The notes below the pieces were generated by a model. It was given only the letters and a program-made list of their open reading frames with translations, ran no database searches and was not told where the DNA came from. A DNA stretch of 64,000 nucleotides, taken from NCBI GenBank assembly GCA_008632985.1, contig QPGO01000196.1, positions 62,001 to 126,000 on the forward strand, written 5' to 3'. Source of the DNA: Psammoneis japonica. Lineage: Eukaryota. Below are positions 13,701 to 25,300 of the stretch, piece by piece. A program made the translations under genes and the position numbers. Positions within the stretch are counted from its first letter, which is position 1. Every line of letters begins with the position of its first letter.

Positions 13701-15162
13701 TGTCAGTTTTGGTGCCATGGATGTCAGTGACAAGAGATTCCGTGCCGACAAAGAGCTGGGCACTGGTGCAACCAGAGTCAACAGCAGGGGTGTCGGAGCA
13801 GACCGTGTCGGTGGCAACGGGTTCATTACGTCGGTGGACATTGAGAGCCGGGTTGGGCGATTTGTACGCCTTTTTCAGGTGCGTGCTGGCTGGCATGCTG
13901 GCGCACTGCGTCGTGCAATCGAAAGTGCGGCGAACAGTGTCCTTCGGGAGAAAGCCAAAGTAAGGGCAGAGGGACTCAAAGTTGGGATCCTTGGGATTGA
14001 GTTTGCGCTCATGGCATTCGTAGAAGAAATCAGATGTCGGGAGCAGGTGATCATCAAGGAAGGAGTCTGTAAGCATGGCATTGTTGATGACATGGCGGTG
14101 ACGATAGTCACCGAACTCATCAAAGAGGTTGGTAGTTGGGTCATCTTGGAGGTCAGACACGGCATCATACCATGTCTCATTGTCCGTGAACTGGTGGTCA
14201 AGGACAGATGGATCCCATGTGTCATCACCAGCGAGAATGACATGCGGCAGAGTGTCCCATTCGGCATCGGTGTGCGGGCGCATGGCGATGCATGGGAGGC
14301 CGGCTTTAATGTCGATGGGAATGACGTATCCATCAATGGTGGTGATACGCTGCAGACCGTTGGGGACCTTGATGGACCGATCGTTGACATCGTGTTTGTA
14401 CCATTCGAGCTGGCTGCAAGAGTGCATTGTCGTCCCCTTTCCAGTGTAGGTGTGCTGGTGAAGGATGGCAATGGCAGGGCCGCATTGCATGTGGATGACA
14501 CCACCGGCAGTGACAACAGGAATGTCTGCCAGTTGATGATTGTCGACACCTTGGACGTCAACCTGGCAACCAGTGCAGACAATGACACGAACATCATCAC
14601 CGGCGATACCACCATTTGCACCACGGTCCACGAGAGCACCTTTGCGAGTTGACTTGTGGGTCGAGGCAGAGTAGACGACATTGTGGTTGTTGACGTGACG
14701 GCATTTATGGCCGTTGATCTCAATGTCAGTGTCATGGGGCTTCGCGTCGGGGTGGACGGAAGGTGCAGATCCGGGTGGTTTCTTGCCAGAACAGGTGGAA
14801 GGAGGACGTTCAGGTGCCAGGAGACGTTGCAAGTCACCGGGTGGCAGAGGCTTGCGCCTGGTGAGATGAGCCAGAATGGGGTTAGCATCGGCTGCATCGG
14901 CTGTAGCGTCGGATTGTGTGAAGGCTGACGTAAGATCGTGAGTGTTGGTGGACAAGTTGACATCGCCGTTGCTGCCAATGTGGAGGTCATGCAGGTTGAC
15001 TGCCATCAAGTCATGGCAGTTGCCGGTGTGGGCGGTGCGCGAGCCAAGAATGATGGCCTTGGTGGACTGGGGTGTAAGGTGTCCCAAATGCACTGATGGT
15101 CCGGCGGAATGCAACGCCATTGTTCCTTGGTGAGGGAAGTTCCGCGAGTTTGTGCAGCACAA
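10738..15162 (-). CDS. pol: Copia pol polyprotein (protease, integrase, RT, RNase H), open but heavily substituted
   Basis: 1474 aa ORF containing ALVDRGANGG, VATDTV, KARLVADG, TDIGNAYL, YVDDL, YVDANL, GDNKSVV and NPADILSK. It is frameshifted from the upstream gag part near 15010-15160. Confidence 0.92.
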   Translation of the reverse strand: MCCTNSRNFPHQGTMALHSAGPSVHLGHLTPQSTKAIILGSRTAHTGNCHDLMAVNLHDLHIGSNGDVNLSTNTHDLTSAFTQSDATADAADANPILAHLTRRKPLPPGDLQRLLAPERPPSTCSGKKPPGSAPSVHPDAKPHDTDIEINGHKCRHVNNHNVVYSASTHKSTRKGALVDRGANGGIAGDDVRVIVCTGCQVDVQGVDNHQLADIPVVTAGGVIHMQCGPAIAILHQHTYTGKGTTMHSCSQLEWYKHDVNDRSIKVPNGLQRITTIDGYVIPIDIKAGLPCIAMRPHTDAEWDTLPHVILAGDDTWDPSVLDHQFTDNETWYDAVSDLQDDPTTNLFDEFGDYRHRHVINNAMLTDSFLDDHLLPTSDFFYECHERKLNPKDPNFESLCPYFGFLPKDTVRRTFDCTTQCASMPASTHLKKAYKSPNPALNVHRRNEPVATDTVCSDTPAVDSGCTSAQLFVGTESLVTDIHGTKTDKEFVNTLEDNIRNHGAPSKLISNRAQVEISNKVLGILRALFISSWQSKPHQQLQNFAECHCQTVKTMANTIMDCFGSPAYTWLLALMYMCFVLNHTVSAKLHWCTPTEVLSGSTPDISPLLRFQWWEHVCCHLDDSDWPSKSRELHGHFIGIAEHVGHQMTFKILSDDTQKIIHRSNVCSARDPSAPNLRLDPPDKKSAKPVIKSRHDSEDLPDSPDGEAIRMPKMPVFDPEDVIGHTFLMKPQEDGQRHRACIVKAVEDHDWKIGDNPELVKFICSVNNDEYEEVLAYNNIMHHIEQEDEDTTLWKFRRIVLHEGPLRPHDPSWKGSSYNVMLEWENGEITSEPLAIIAKDDPVTCAVYAREHGLLETEGWIRFRKIALHQKKPFRMANQAKLRSFRTAPRYKHGHEVPQDYKHAMALDECNGNCKWGDARDLEMTQLDEYEVFHDCGHHKDSSAPSGHKKIWVHLVYDVKHDGRHKARLVADGHLTDVPVDSVHSGVVSLRGLQMMIFLAELNELETWATDIGNAYLKATTKEKLYIIAGPEFGDLEGHILVIHKALYGLRSSGLRWHEHFANCLRAEGFFPCKAKPDIWLCRNGDHYEYMAVYVDDLAFAMKDPQAFADTLMEKCKFNLKGTGPLEFYLGCDFTRDPDGTLCLAPRKHIERMVDNCACLFGEKPRTDVLSPLDKGDHPELDTSELLKPEGIHQLQSLIGSLQWAVSLGRINITTAVMSLSSFRAAPRQGHLDRAKRICGFLSKMHHGALRVRTKEPDYSDLPKPVYDWAQSVYGEVEELLPQDAPKPLGKFITTTHYVDANLFHCMLTGRSVTGILHFLNKFLADWFSKKQATVETTVHGSEFVAARTCVEQIIDLRITLRYLGVPIRETFYMFGDNKSVVDSATIPHSKLHKRHTALSFHRVREAIASSFLEFHFIEGSHNPADILSKHWGYSQIWNLLHPLMFWNFDPKAFNQSDFESIAVDPSSKLGSDRI

Positions 15163-18100
15163 GCTTGGATGATGTCAACATCACTGTCGATGTCAAAGGA
15201 TGCATCGTCATCAGGGTCATCAGGGACCAGGTCATGTTCATAGATGGCACGGCGCGGAGCGCGAGGAGCCGTCTTGGGGGTGAACATGCTGTCGTACTGT
15301 GCTGCAGCAGAAAGCAAGAGTCCACAGCACTCTTCATAAGAAAAGACCCTTTCCATTCTGCATGCGGAACTGATCTGCCTGATTCTTCACCGAACGGAGT
15401 TCTTCGATAGGATGAACGGCGTTCTCAAGCATGACACGTTTCTGGCCAGCAGAGAAATGGTCCATACCCGGGATAAGAGCTTCATACTTGCGAAAGCTGG
15501 TCCTGCCAGTAAAGCATGAAGGCATGGGTTGATCCTTTCCAGGTGCCATCACCGAGTCGAGCAGTGGTGCAATATGCGTTGTTATGTACGTTATATATAT
15601 GTATATCTATATATTAAATAAATTTATATTCCAATCGTACGTCAATCGTGGGTTCCTACAAAGGACAGATCGATCACACAGAACCACCACAACAACTACC
15701 AACCCCATGGACACCCTAATAATATATAAACAAGTTGATCGGATGTCGAAAATTGCAAATACGATCGATTGACGATGTTGACATCTTACGTGTCAATGGC
15801 AATCGTATCCGGACAATCTGTTGTCACGAACATATTCTCCGAAAGGCCTTTTGTCTGTAGAAGCAGTACAGAAGCTTTAGGCCATTGAGAACTCGTTCGG
15901 AGAAACCAAAAATCACAAAGTAAAATTTAATCTCATAATTTTCACTTTTCACACTTGATTCTACTTTCGTTTATACTCGTTCTTCGAGCATGGTGCATTG
16001 TGTATACACACCACAGAAGGTAAAAACGCGGAAAATGAAAATTTTAACTTATGTGCCTTTGTAAATTCTTCCATGAGCAGGCATGAAATGCATCAGTTCT
16101 GCTGGAATCGATTTCCAAGCGGAAGCAGCTCAATCCGAGCAGCACCTCAAGATGGAACATTGTTTTTTGTCTGCAAGACAAGAGGATTCGTTCTGATACG
16201 ATCCATTCCAAGTACCTCAGGACCAAGGACTCTACAAGTGCACAGCATTATCGAAATATCCACACCAAGTCATGGTTGTGTAGAATTTCAAGTCTTGAGT
16301 CGATCAGGTCCAAGAAATGTATCTACTGTGCAAGGAGAGACTGTTGGAGAGTTTTTAGAGACCGAATCGACAAGCCTCGAGTCCAAAGAGCAAGAAGGAA
16401 CCGTTGGAAAGTACCTCAAGAGTCTCTTATCTCATGTCTTTCCAGGAATTGCACTTCAGAATCAGAATTATTTTTTTCGAGATGATCTGAAGAAACCAAA
16501 GGCTCTCAGCAGCAAGAGAGTGCCTATTCGACCCAAGAGGTCAATGAAGAGCGTCTGTACGACCCTTCAATCGATTCTAAGTTGAATCTAGCGGGAAACC
16601 GAGCCGTGAGCTGTTGGCTATCACTCGCACCGCAAGGATGGCAGCATCAGTCTACTGTCCAAAACAATCAACTATTGCAACTCATCCTTGATGAGCTGTT
16701 TAAGTTTTGAGTCATCTAAAGGTTGTTCATGACGTCCATGACGAAAAAACATATCAACTCAGGCTCTGATGGCGCAGTTGGTTCCAAAATAAAAAAGGTT
16801 CCAAATTTGGTTCCAAAAATGGTCTCCCACATGGTACCTGAATAATCCAAAGTGAATAAAAGGTGCAATCCTTGAAAAAAGAACACCTGCATCACGAATT
16901 GAAGCTATTCTAAAAATGAACTAGCGAAAGAACGCCGTGGACACATTCAGCGTGATCCGAAACGGCGCCGTTCTAATGGCAATCGCACGTGGCGTCGCGA
17001 CAACGAAAATGCCGCTCGCAAAAAAAGAGTTGAACATCATGATTGATCAGGCAGTTCAAAAAAATACTCAAAGCGAGTTCCTTGAACAAGAAAAACAGCA
17101 AAAGAGTGCAAGGGTGGCTCTGAAAGAGACCAAAAAAAAACATGATGCTCTAAATAGCAATCGCACGCGGTCGTGTGACGATGGCAGAAATGCCTCTGTG
17201 AAAGAGGAATTGAACTCCACAGTTACTAGGTAGTTCACAAAAACTATCAAAGCGAGTTCCTTGGCAAAGGAACGAGAAAATAAGAGCGAAAATTACGACT
17301 CTAAAATGCTTAATGAATAAAACTATCAATTTGGAAAAATTGACCCGATCGATTCCGATCAAAAATTTTATACTCTCAAGGAGCATAACTCGACACAGGA
17401 CATCTGGCAATCCAGAAAAAGCATCACAGTATGTTGTGCTAGTCCCATTGTCACGGTTTATGTGACTGCTTCTCTGAGAAAAGCAAAAAATAAGCTTCAA
17501 CGTGTTCTTCTCGATAAAGAACATCGTCGACCCATAATTTTGCGCAAATTCGTGCGAAAGTTGAGAACACAAGAATCCGCCACCAAAAACTTGGGAAACC
17601 AAGGGTGAGCTCTTTACGACTGATAGTAAACACCGAATTCAGTTTCTCACTGTGCAAATTTAAGACATGCTGACATTAAAACAGAACATGTTGACAACAC
17701 AAAATCTTCTTCAAGTTCATATGATGTGATCATGAGACGCGACTTAATGTCCAGTCTTGAAATCACATTGGACCATGCGAATGAAGAAATCAAAGAGGAA
17801 GAAGCAACTACATCTATGGAGATCTTCGAAGCCAATGTTTCCAGCTGAATGCCGATCACATTGAAAAACACGACGCCGTGAATAGAGTTAACAACGGAAC
17901 CAATGGTTCTCGACTCACATTGTCACACTTCTAATCTCAATGATGTGACAGCTGAGGCAACTCGTCTGACTCCAGAGGAGCAGAAGCCATTGACCTTCCC
18001 TTTTAAAAGATTTAAATCTCTTTTCGATGGTTCTCTAGGCGAATGGACCGGAAAACCTCGCAGTGAAATCTGGCTCGAAACCGCATCATGCGAAAGGTTT

Positions 18101-18594
18101 CCTGTTTCTACAAGCCTTGGAGGTGATTCGTAAGGAGATTGAAAGGCTCTGTAAGCTAAAAGTCCTAAAGAAAAATAAACCATTCTAAATGGACAGCTCC
18201 ACCCTTTAAAAAATAGAAAAATGGTCGAAGCTCGGTTTCTGTCCGACTTTCGTGAACTGAATAAGAGGCCAGTACGCGCGCGGTGTCCTCTACCAAATAT
18301 TCAGGATATACTTCAGAAACTAGAAGGTTCACATATATGACCTCACTTGATTTGAATGTGGGACACTGTCACATCAAATTAAAAAAGCACATGTCATGCC
18401 AACACGAAAATCATGCCGTGGGGAGAAAAAAAGTGCTGTGGACTTCCTGTGAGAAGCCACAGAGCCCCAGATATTTTTAAACAACACATGAGTGAACTCA
18501 TAACAGGTTTGAAGTTGTCAGAACGACCGTATATGATCGTTTGTGCCTGACAAAGAGTGACTTCAAAATGTCACCTGTGAAAGTGACAGCTTAA

Positions 18595-19092
18595 CCCTTC
18601 AACCACCAGGGGAGCAAATCTCCACGGGTGGAGATTTGCTCTACTTAAGGATGTGTGACGTGTCATGCAATTTTATAATAATATAATGAACGTGGTATAA
18701 AAATGTCATGTCACGTAGAATCTATGTAAAGTGTACCACGTGCATTTACTTGTTGGGAGCAAATCTCCACCGGTGGAGATTTGCTCCGAGGGTGTGGTAT
18801 TATTGGTCTATTTGCGACAGTAATTCATGATAACCTGCATTGTTAAAGGTTGAGATTTAGTTCCTCTCTATTCATAGATGTAGCTTGCAAAAAACCCGGT
18901 GTTAAAAGTCGACATTGAACTTTCTAAATTACAAAAAGGGTTCCCCGAGATCTTCGGCGAATGCGCATTCCAAAACAAAATCGCGCGAATTCAATATTAT
19001 CCATATCTGAAATTACTTCATTTACTATATTTGTGACGTAAGGGAGCAAATCTCCACCCGTGGAGATTTGCTCAAGTCCGGTGGTTGAAGGG
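18595..19092. mobile_element. Non-autonomous piggyBac-like element
   Basis: TTAA on both sides (18591-18594, 19093-19096) and a 13 bp TIR CCCTTCAACCACC. The empty TTAA site is visible in N1 at ~6938. Three internal GAGCAAATCTCCAC..GTGGAGATTTGCTC palindromes. Confidence 0.9.
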
Positions 19093-20234
19093 TTAATTCG
19101 GCATTCAAACGACTAGAACAGTCGCTTAGAAGGTTAACAACAAAGGTCCTTCACTATTTAACTTGAAATAAACTATCAAGACTTCCATACGTAACGACAT
19201 GTAATCGATTGCAATAAAATGGAGGCGATTCAAGCAATCGCAACACGAGAAAAACGTAAAGAACACTACGACATCTCGTCGTTATATGTTACTACTATCG
19301 AGACATGTAGTCTCAACGATCTCCTGTACAATGCTAGCCAAATTCACCTCAATAAAGGTCAAACGGCAAAAGCACAACTACGGAACGAAAAGTCTCCAAA
19401 AATGTGGAGCGTGTCAAATCAAAAACTATATTGTTATCATACACGTATTTCAATGTTATACGTTACAACGGAAAAAAGAACTTCTGTCCATAGTGAAAAC
19501 ACTTATAAAATTCCGAAATATGCTGTTTGGCCAACAGATTAATATACACACGGATCATAAGACGCAACGGACAAAGTCATACGTTGACGACTTAAAATAA
19601 AGAATTACTGTCCCAAAATAATATACATCGAGGGCAAGGCGAACATCATCTCGATAGACGCAATCAGCCGACTTACTATAAAGAAAATTGAATCCTACGA
19701 CAATGTCCTACCGTTAAAACAGGATAAAGACATTCCCTCCAAATTGGCGGACGCGACATATCATACGAACACTTTTTGTGGAGGCGAGCGAGATCGAAAA
19801 ATGCTCATGTCATAAGGATAAATCGCCTTATTAAAGGACGGTTAGAAAAAAACTCTGTGACAGATTGGTGTGTCATACGACATTACAGTGTCCACTTCAC
19901 ACTGGCAAAAGACAATCTCACAACACCCGTATCGTTGTACTGTACAATGTACGAGGCAAGACATAAATAACTTATCATGTCGACACACGAGATGTGCCAA
20001 AGATTCAGAAGAAGAAAAGAAATGTGGACGTTTATCCACATAGTGCACGAAAGCAGTGCCTTCGGAATGACATAATAACACCGGCATGTCAAAAAGGAAA
20101 CGTCCAAATGACGGTTAACATCCAACTGATAGATGGTTGAAGTACAAAAATCCATAATGGAATTCATAACCATCACAGGATTAATTATCAAGACGAAATG
20201 GTCGTGTCCTTGACCATCGTTAATTACTACTTAA

Positions 20235-20628
20235 GGGTGGTCGGTTGCCACTTTTTTTAGCTCGAATTCGGCCGAATAGCTCGTATTTTGCATGATTTTT
20301 CCTGAATTTCACCGTGCTTCACCGTGGTGAAAACAACAAGCCATAAGTCTGTGACAGAGGTGGTCCGTCTACCAACTCTCATTTATTTTATGTTTGTCAT
20401 GTATCAAAGATTGTATGTACATGAAAAGTTGGTAGACGGCAAACTACGTTTTTGAGAAATGTCGATGATTGTCATCATCGTCGTGCTTCGGTCGCGGTGG
20501 TGATGGTTCTCGTTTTCGTGCACGATCGGGTGTGACTATGAATAATTCTTGTATTCAAAAATAAACACCATAAAAAACCTTATTCAAATGCAATGGTAAT
20601 TTTAGGATAAACGCGGGGATGACCCCCC
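20235..20628. mobile_element. Small TTAA-flanked DNA element with GGG...CCC termini (Kolobok- or Harbinger-like)
   Basis: TTAA|GGGTGGTC...GACCCCCC|TTAA. The segment is absent from the homologous N1 site at ~8060. Confidence 0.75.
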
Positions 20629-21988
20629 TTAAGAAACGTGGTAGTGCAGCAGAGCAATGTGGCATGTGAAGTAAGCCCGCCAAACTACACGAAATCCACA
20701 AGCAAGTAAGTGAACGCCATAAACAAGAGAGCACATCGAGTGCTGGGCAATGTGCCATGTACAATCGACACCATGAAAAAACAACAGGACAATTGGTCCT
20801 TGTTTTCACATGAACAACAGAACGTCAGAGAGAATGCTCGACGCAATGCTGTGTGTGCACATGTATAGAGCGTGAGACAAACAAGGCACTCTCGAAAGAC
20901 ATGCTGGAACATCATCAGCAGCATGCAGCAATTGCAGTACATCCTACGCATCATACTGCTACGCAAACTACACCTGGACAATTAGTCTTCAGAGACATGA
21001 CATTTAACGTCCAACATGTCGCAGACTGGAAATTAATCCAGCAGCGAAAACAAGAAATCATAAATAAAAATAACGTTCGAGAGAATGCTCGACATGCTCC
21101 TTATACGTACAGAGCAGGAGAGAAGGTGCTACTCGAAAAAGACTCGCAGAAGTTAGAACAGCCCTATGTTGGACCGTATGTAATAACAACGGCACACACT
21201 AATGGCACAGTACAGATCAAACGCAGTGACGTCATTGACACTGTCAATGTCCATCGGATAACACCGTTTAACAACTGACTCTAATGTGCAATTAGGGAGG
21301 CGAATGCAACATGCGTTGTTATGTACGTATTACATGTGTATATCTATATATTTTAAATAAAAGTACACTTCAATCGTACGTCAATCGTGGGTTCGTACGA
21401 AGTACAGATCGGTCACGCAGATAAATTTATGTTCCAATCGTACGTCAATCGTGGGTTCGTACAAAGGACAGATCGATCACACAGAGTTGATCAGATGTCG
21501 AAAATTGCAAATACGATCGATTGACGATGTTGACATCTTACGTGTCAACAGCAATCGTATCCGGACAATCTGTTGTCACGAATATATTCTCCGAAAGGCC
21601 TTTTGTCTGTAGAAGCAGTGCAGAAGCTTTAGGCCATTGAGAACTCGTTCGGAGAAACCAAAAATCACAGAGTAAAATTTAATCTCATAATTATCACTTT
21701 TCACACTTGATTCTACTTTCGTTTATACTCATTCTTCGAGCACAGTGCAGTGGTGAGGTATGCGTGAGAAGGGTGGAGGACTCCAGGGATGAGTGGAAGT
21801 AAGGGCGTACTTGGACAGGTCACGATACACCGCTTGAGAATCAGAGGAGCCGACGTATTGACGAACAAGTGCCTTGCCTTTGTCATTCTGCAAGATCCGT
21901 TCGAACACTGCGAACATGTACTTCTGTTGTTCATCAAACAGGGCCTTGTCCTCAGCTGTAGAGGGCTTGTACGTCGGATCGAGAATGC

Positions 21989-22378
21989 GACGCGTTCCAG
22001 GTCTAGGTGGGACCTCGCACTGCTGAACTGTGACATCGACAGTTTTTTGAATCTCGTCGTATGTCGCGCACGTAGATTTCTACGTGATTTTTTCGATATT
22101 TTGTGTCATTTTACGGTACACTTATTGAGCGATCCGTCCAACAACTTTTGACATTTTTTGTTACAGCGCGATTCTATAATGTCTTAAGAATCGCGTAGGG
22201 CAGGCGAATTTGCAAAAACGTCGAGTGGTAAGAGGCCTAATTGTACCACAAACTTGGCCGTTTATTTGATGTTGAAGATAAATATATCCATTAATTAAAT
22301 TCTCGTACTACGGAGCTCGCACGTAGAATTCTACGGGCCCAATGTCACACGGAGTCCCACCTAGGGCTGGAACGCGTC
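21989..22378. mobile_element. MITE family M, copy 1
   Basis: TIR GACGCGTTCCAG..CTAGGTGGGA and 4 bp TSD ATGC. It interrupts copia gag. Confidence 0.92.
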
Positions 22379-25300
22379 ATGCGTGCAACGTCTTGGGAGC
22401 GGGCCTGTGCGATGATGGAGGTGTGCCACGTGTGCCACTGTTTGTCGGACTTGAGAAGCGCGAAGGTAAGTGGGTCGCGTTTGATGCCTCGTTTAAAGTC
22501 ACGTACGGGATCACGTGGTTTGGGTGGCAACGAGCCAGGAGTGGGAGCAGATGGTGCTGTACCCATGGAGAGGGACGCCACATACTCTCAGGGCTAAGAC
22601 GATAGTTGGTGAACTCCTCTTGTGTGAACAATTGAGGGTCATTGCTAACATCCGCACCACTGCGCGCTTTTACCGTGTACAGGCTAATTAGCACAGCTAT
22701 CTGTGCTTTGTAACCACATAGCAAGGGCATTTGATTGGTGGGCATTTGATTGGTGCCGTCGTTGTACACAAGGGCATCCAATTGCGTTGGAGTAAAAGTG
22801 AAAAGGTCCTGATACGAATCAGTTCCATCAATGTTTAGGGCTGAGCGCAATGGACTGTCTGTGGCTTGATTCAGAACAGTGCCTAGAATGTGCTCGAGGC
22901 CATTGATTTGTTGTTGCCTGGTGAGAACCATGTTGCAGCTAGGTGGATGTCGGAACTAGCTAGAGTCCGAGTGTGGGCTTGAAATGACTTGAAACTTGAC
23001 TTGAATCTTGACTTGATGTCTTGCACTATCTCAAGAGTCAGAAACCGCCGGGCTATGCTATCCCATTCGTAGTTAAGTGCTAAGCTTCCTATCCGGTCCG
23101 TAGAGTTGTGCCGGCACATCCGAACCCGCAGCTGGTGATGCTTTGGGTTGCTTGAGAGCGGAGCAATGGGTTAAAAGCCCCTGCTGACAAGCTAACCAGA
23201 GGTGGACAAGACCTCTGAACCGTTCTTATTTTATGTCGGTTGGATAACCCAATCAGGCCGGCCAAATTTGGCACTGTGGAGGGATGAACAAACGTGGGAA
23301 ATGCACCCTCGCCCCAACGCAGGCTGTGATCACGAATTGCTTCCTCTCACAGTTGTCCTCGTGGACCCTGGAGGACTGTAGAAGACCAGCAATCCAGTGC
23401 AGATACGAGGCGGTAGACTTGGCGTGCGTAGAGCAGAGCCAGAGTCAGGGATTTATGTTGTGTGCGCGTGAACGCGTGCCGATGTATTGGCAGGATCCGC
23501 TGCAAGGAATCTGGAATCTCGGATGTCTGAGAATTCAGGAATTCCTGGCCAAACAAATATCCGTTGAACAAACACATCCAATGATGGGAGGCATCGGACA
23601 AATCCAAACGTGTAGATTTAATCCAGCATTCAGCAGTGAAGAAGGTAGACACACACTTCCACCGCCAACGGTGCGCATCGTCGAAAATTTCTCGATGACG
23701 ATGATGAACGCTCAATGGACAATAAAGAGCAAGACTGTTAATCTAACAGAAAATGAAGATGACTGGGTGGAAGAAAACAATAACTCCTTACTGCTGTCTA
23801 AATGGCAGATGAGTCTCCGTGCAGAGACCGTTACAGGAGCCGAAAGACTGGTGTCGTGATATCGGTGCTACTGTTGTTATTCTTGTGAGCCGAGTGGCTC
23901 GAAAGCAAACTACATCGCGCGACGCCCGCGGAACTAGGAGCACACATAATTATGTGTGATAAACTAAAATCTTGTTCAAATCCTGTCAAAATAATTGTTG
24001 GCAGTTGCTGGTGCCTCTAATGCCGTCGTCGCTTGATGCCACCCTTGGCTTTGCTCTCTTCTACCGATGCCACGTGGGCAGGTAGGGCCTAGACCTGTTC
24101 GTTCTTGAATGTAAACAAACTATTCTAGAGCTATGACAGCAGTGCTTGCACTCCTTCGATTAGTTTAGTGGTGTTGTTTAGGGTGTGCATTCAGAGACGA
24201 AACTTGCACCCCTTCCTGTCTACCTGCTACTCAAACCAAACATACATCTATTGGTGGAGAAGGCGCAAGTAGCCAATTCGTTCTTAAAGCGAGCAGACGG
24301 CAGTGTAGATAAGCCTCTGGTAGCACAACAATGAGCCATCATCATTGGCGATTCAAAAGTATGATGTCAATTGATTGACAGAAAGCTGCAATCCTTAAAA
24401 TCGTCTTGTCCTAAATTGCACCCATTAAAAGTGCTCCCACAATGCCCTTGCTGATGCTCGGTGGCAAAGAATGACTTGGGTTTGCAAGATCATGACAAAC
24501 GTCAGTGTTTTTTGCCAAAGACTTGGATCCGACAAAGTGATTGAGATTCTCGTGTCCAAACGGAGCTTCGGGAGTTTGCAATCCTTGAAACGTCTTGCAG
24601 GCTGGTACAGAACCGGGATGCACGGGCTTTATTTTCGTCCTTGAGTTGCTTCAAGTAATTTATAAAGTCGGGAAAGGGGTTGGGCTTGACTGCCATGTTG
24701 GCATTCCGTTTCGTACAAATTCACCCCGTCAGCAACAATGTTGTTCTCTTCCGTCAAACTCGAAACCCCGTTGACACTGCCTCACGGCTTCTTCAATTGT
24801 CTACCCCCATTTTCGACTCTCTCATCATTGATGTTGAATTTTGTATTGCAGTGCTCTGCCCACAGGTCTACTGGCATCCATTGATTCTGAACGCGAGAAT
24901 CCAAGAACAGTCGATGCATGTGTTTTGATGCAAACGATTTTCGGACATCAGACATGATGGGTTTTTGCACTTCGGCCCTCAGGGAGCTTCACAGGTGGGT
25001 TGGTAAGGTGGGTATAGGTCATAGTGCTAAAAGCCATGGATTTTCAAGAAGCTGTGAGCATCATCGTCGAGGGACCGGGCACGTGATAATTCTTGTGCTT
25101 TTTGTTTTCATTACAGCAGTGGTTGCAACGTCACCTAGTGGCGCGGGGGGAGGGACAGACGCGGGGCAATGCGGAACTGAGTCATGTAGGTAGGAAAAGG
25201 GATGGATTTCGAGTTGGGGTTTGATGTTTGCGATTGTAGTTTGGTGGAGTAGCGGGTTAGTTGGTCAGCGAGCGACTTGGCAATCACGAGGCTCAGGCTC

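Larger units (their letters stand above)
15568..21749 (+). mobile_element. Non-autonomous gypsy N2 inserted in copia gag, with a chimeric 3' end
   Basis: LTRs at 15568-15997 and 21305-21749. TSD GTGG at 15564-15567 and 21750-21753. The interior is collinear with N1. Confidence 0.92.
15010..22931 (-). pseudogene. gag: Copia gag, split into pieces (22379-22931, 21750-21988, ~15010-15567) by nested insertions
   Basis: MVLTRQQQINGLEHILG...FKRGIKRD...IAQARSQDV; MFAVFERILQNDKGKALVR; MLENAVHPIEELRSVK; LLLSAAAQYD. The segments rejoin across the TSDs. Confidence 0.85.
10506..23988 (-). mobile_element. Ty1/copia LTR retrotransposon (CoDi-like), element E, interrupted by N2 and a MITE
   Basis: 245 bp LTRs at 10506-10750 and 23744-23988. 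5 bp TSD AAATA at 10501-10505 and 23989-23993. PPT-like TGGGGAG precedes the 3' LTR. Domain order is PR-IN-RT-RH. Confidence 0.95.

Noticed and set aside
13516..14990. Long overlapping ORFs (378 aa +, 371 aa -) within copia pol
   Set aside because: Antisense and alternative-frame shadows with no motifs. TpA depletion removes TAA/TAG stops and would lengthen such ORFs.
23284..23859. 191 aa ORF antisense to the copia leader/LTR
   Set aside because: It runs into the LTR, has no recognisable motif, and there is no second copy to show conservation.
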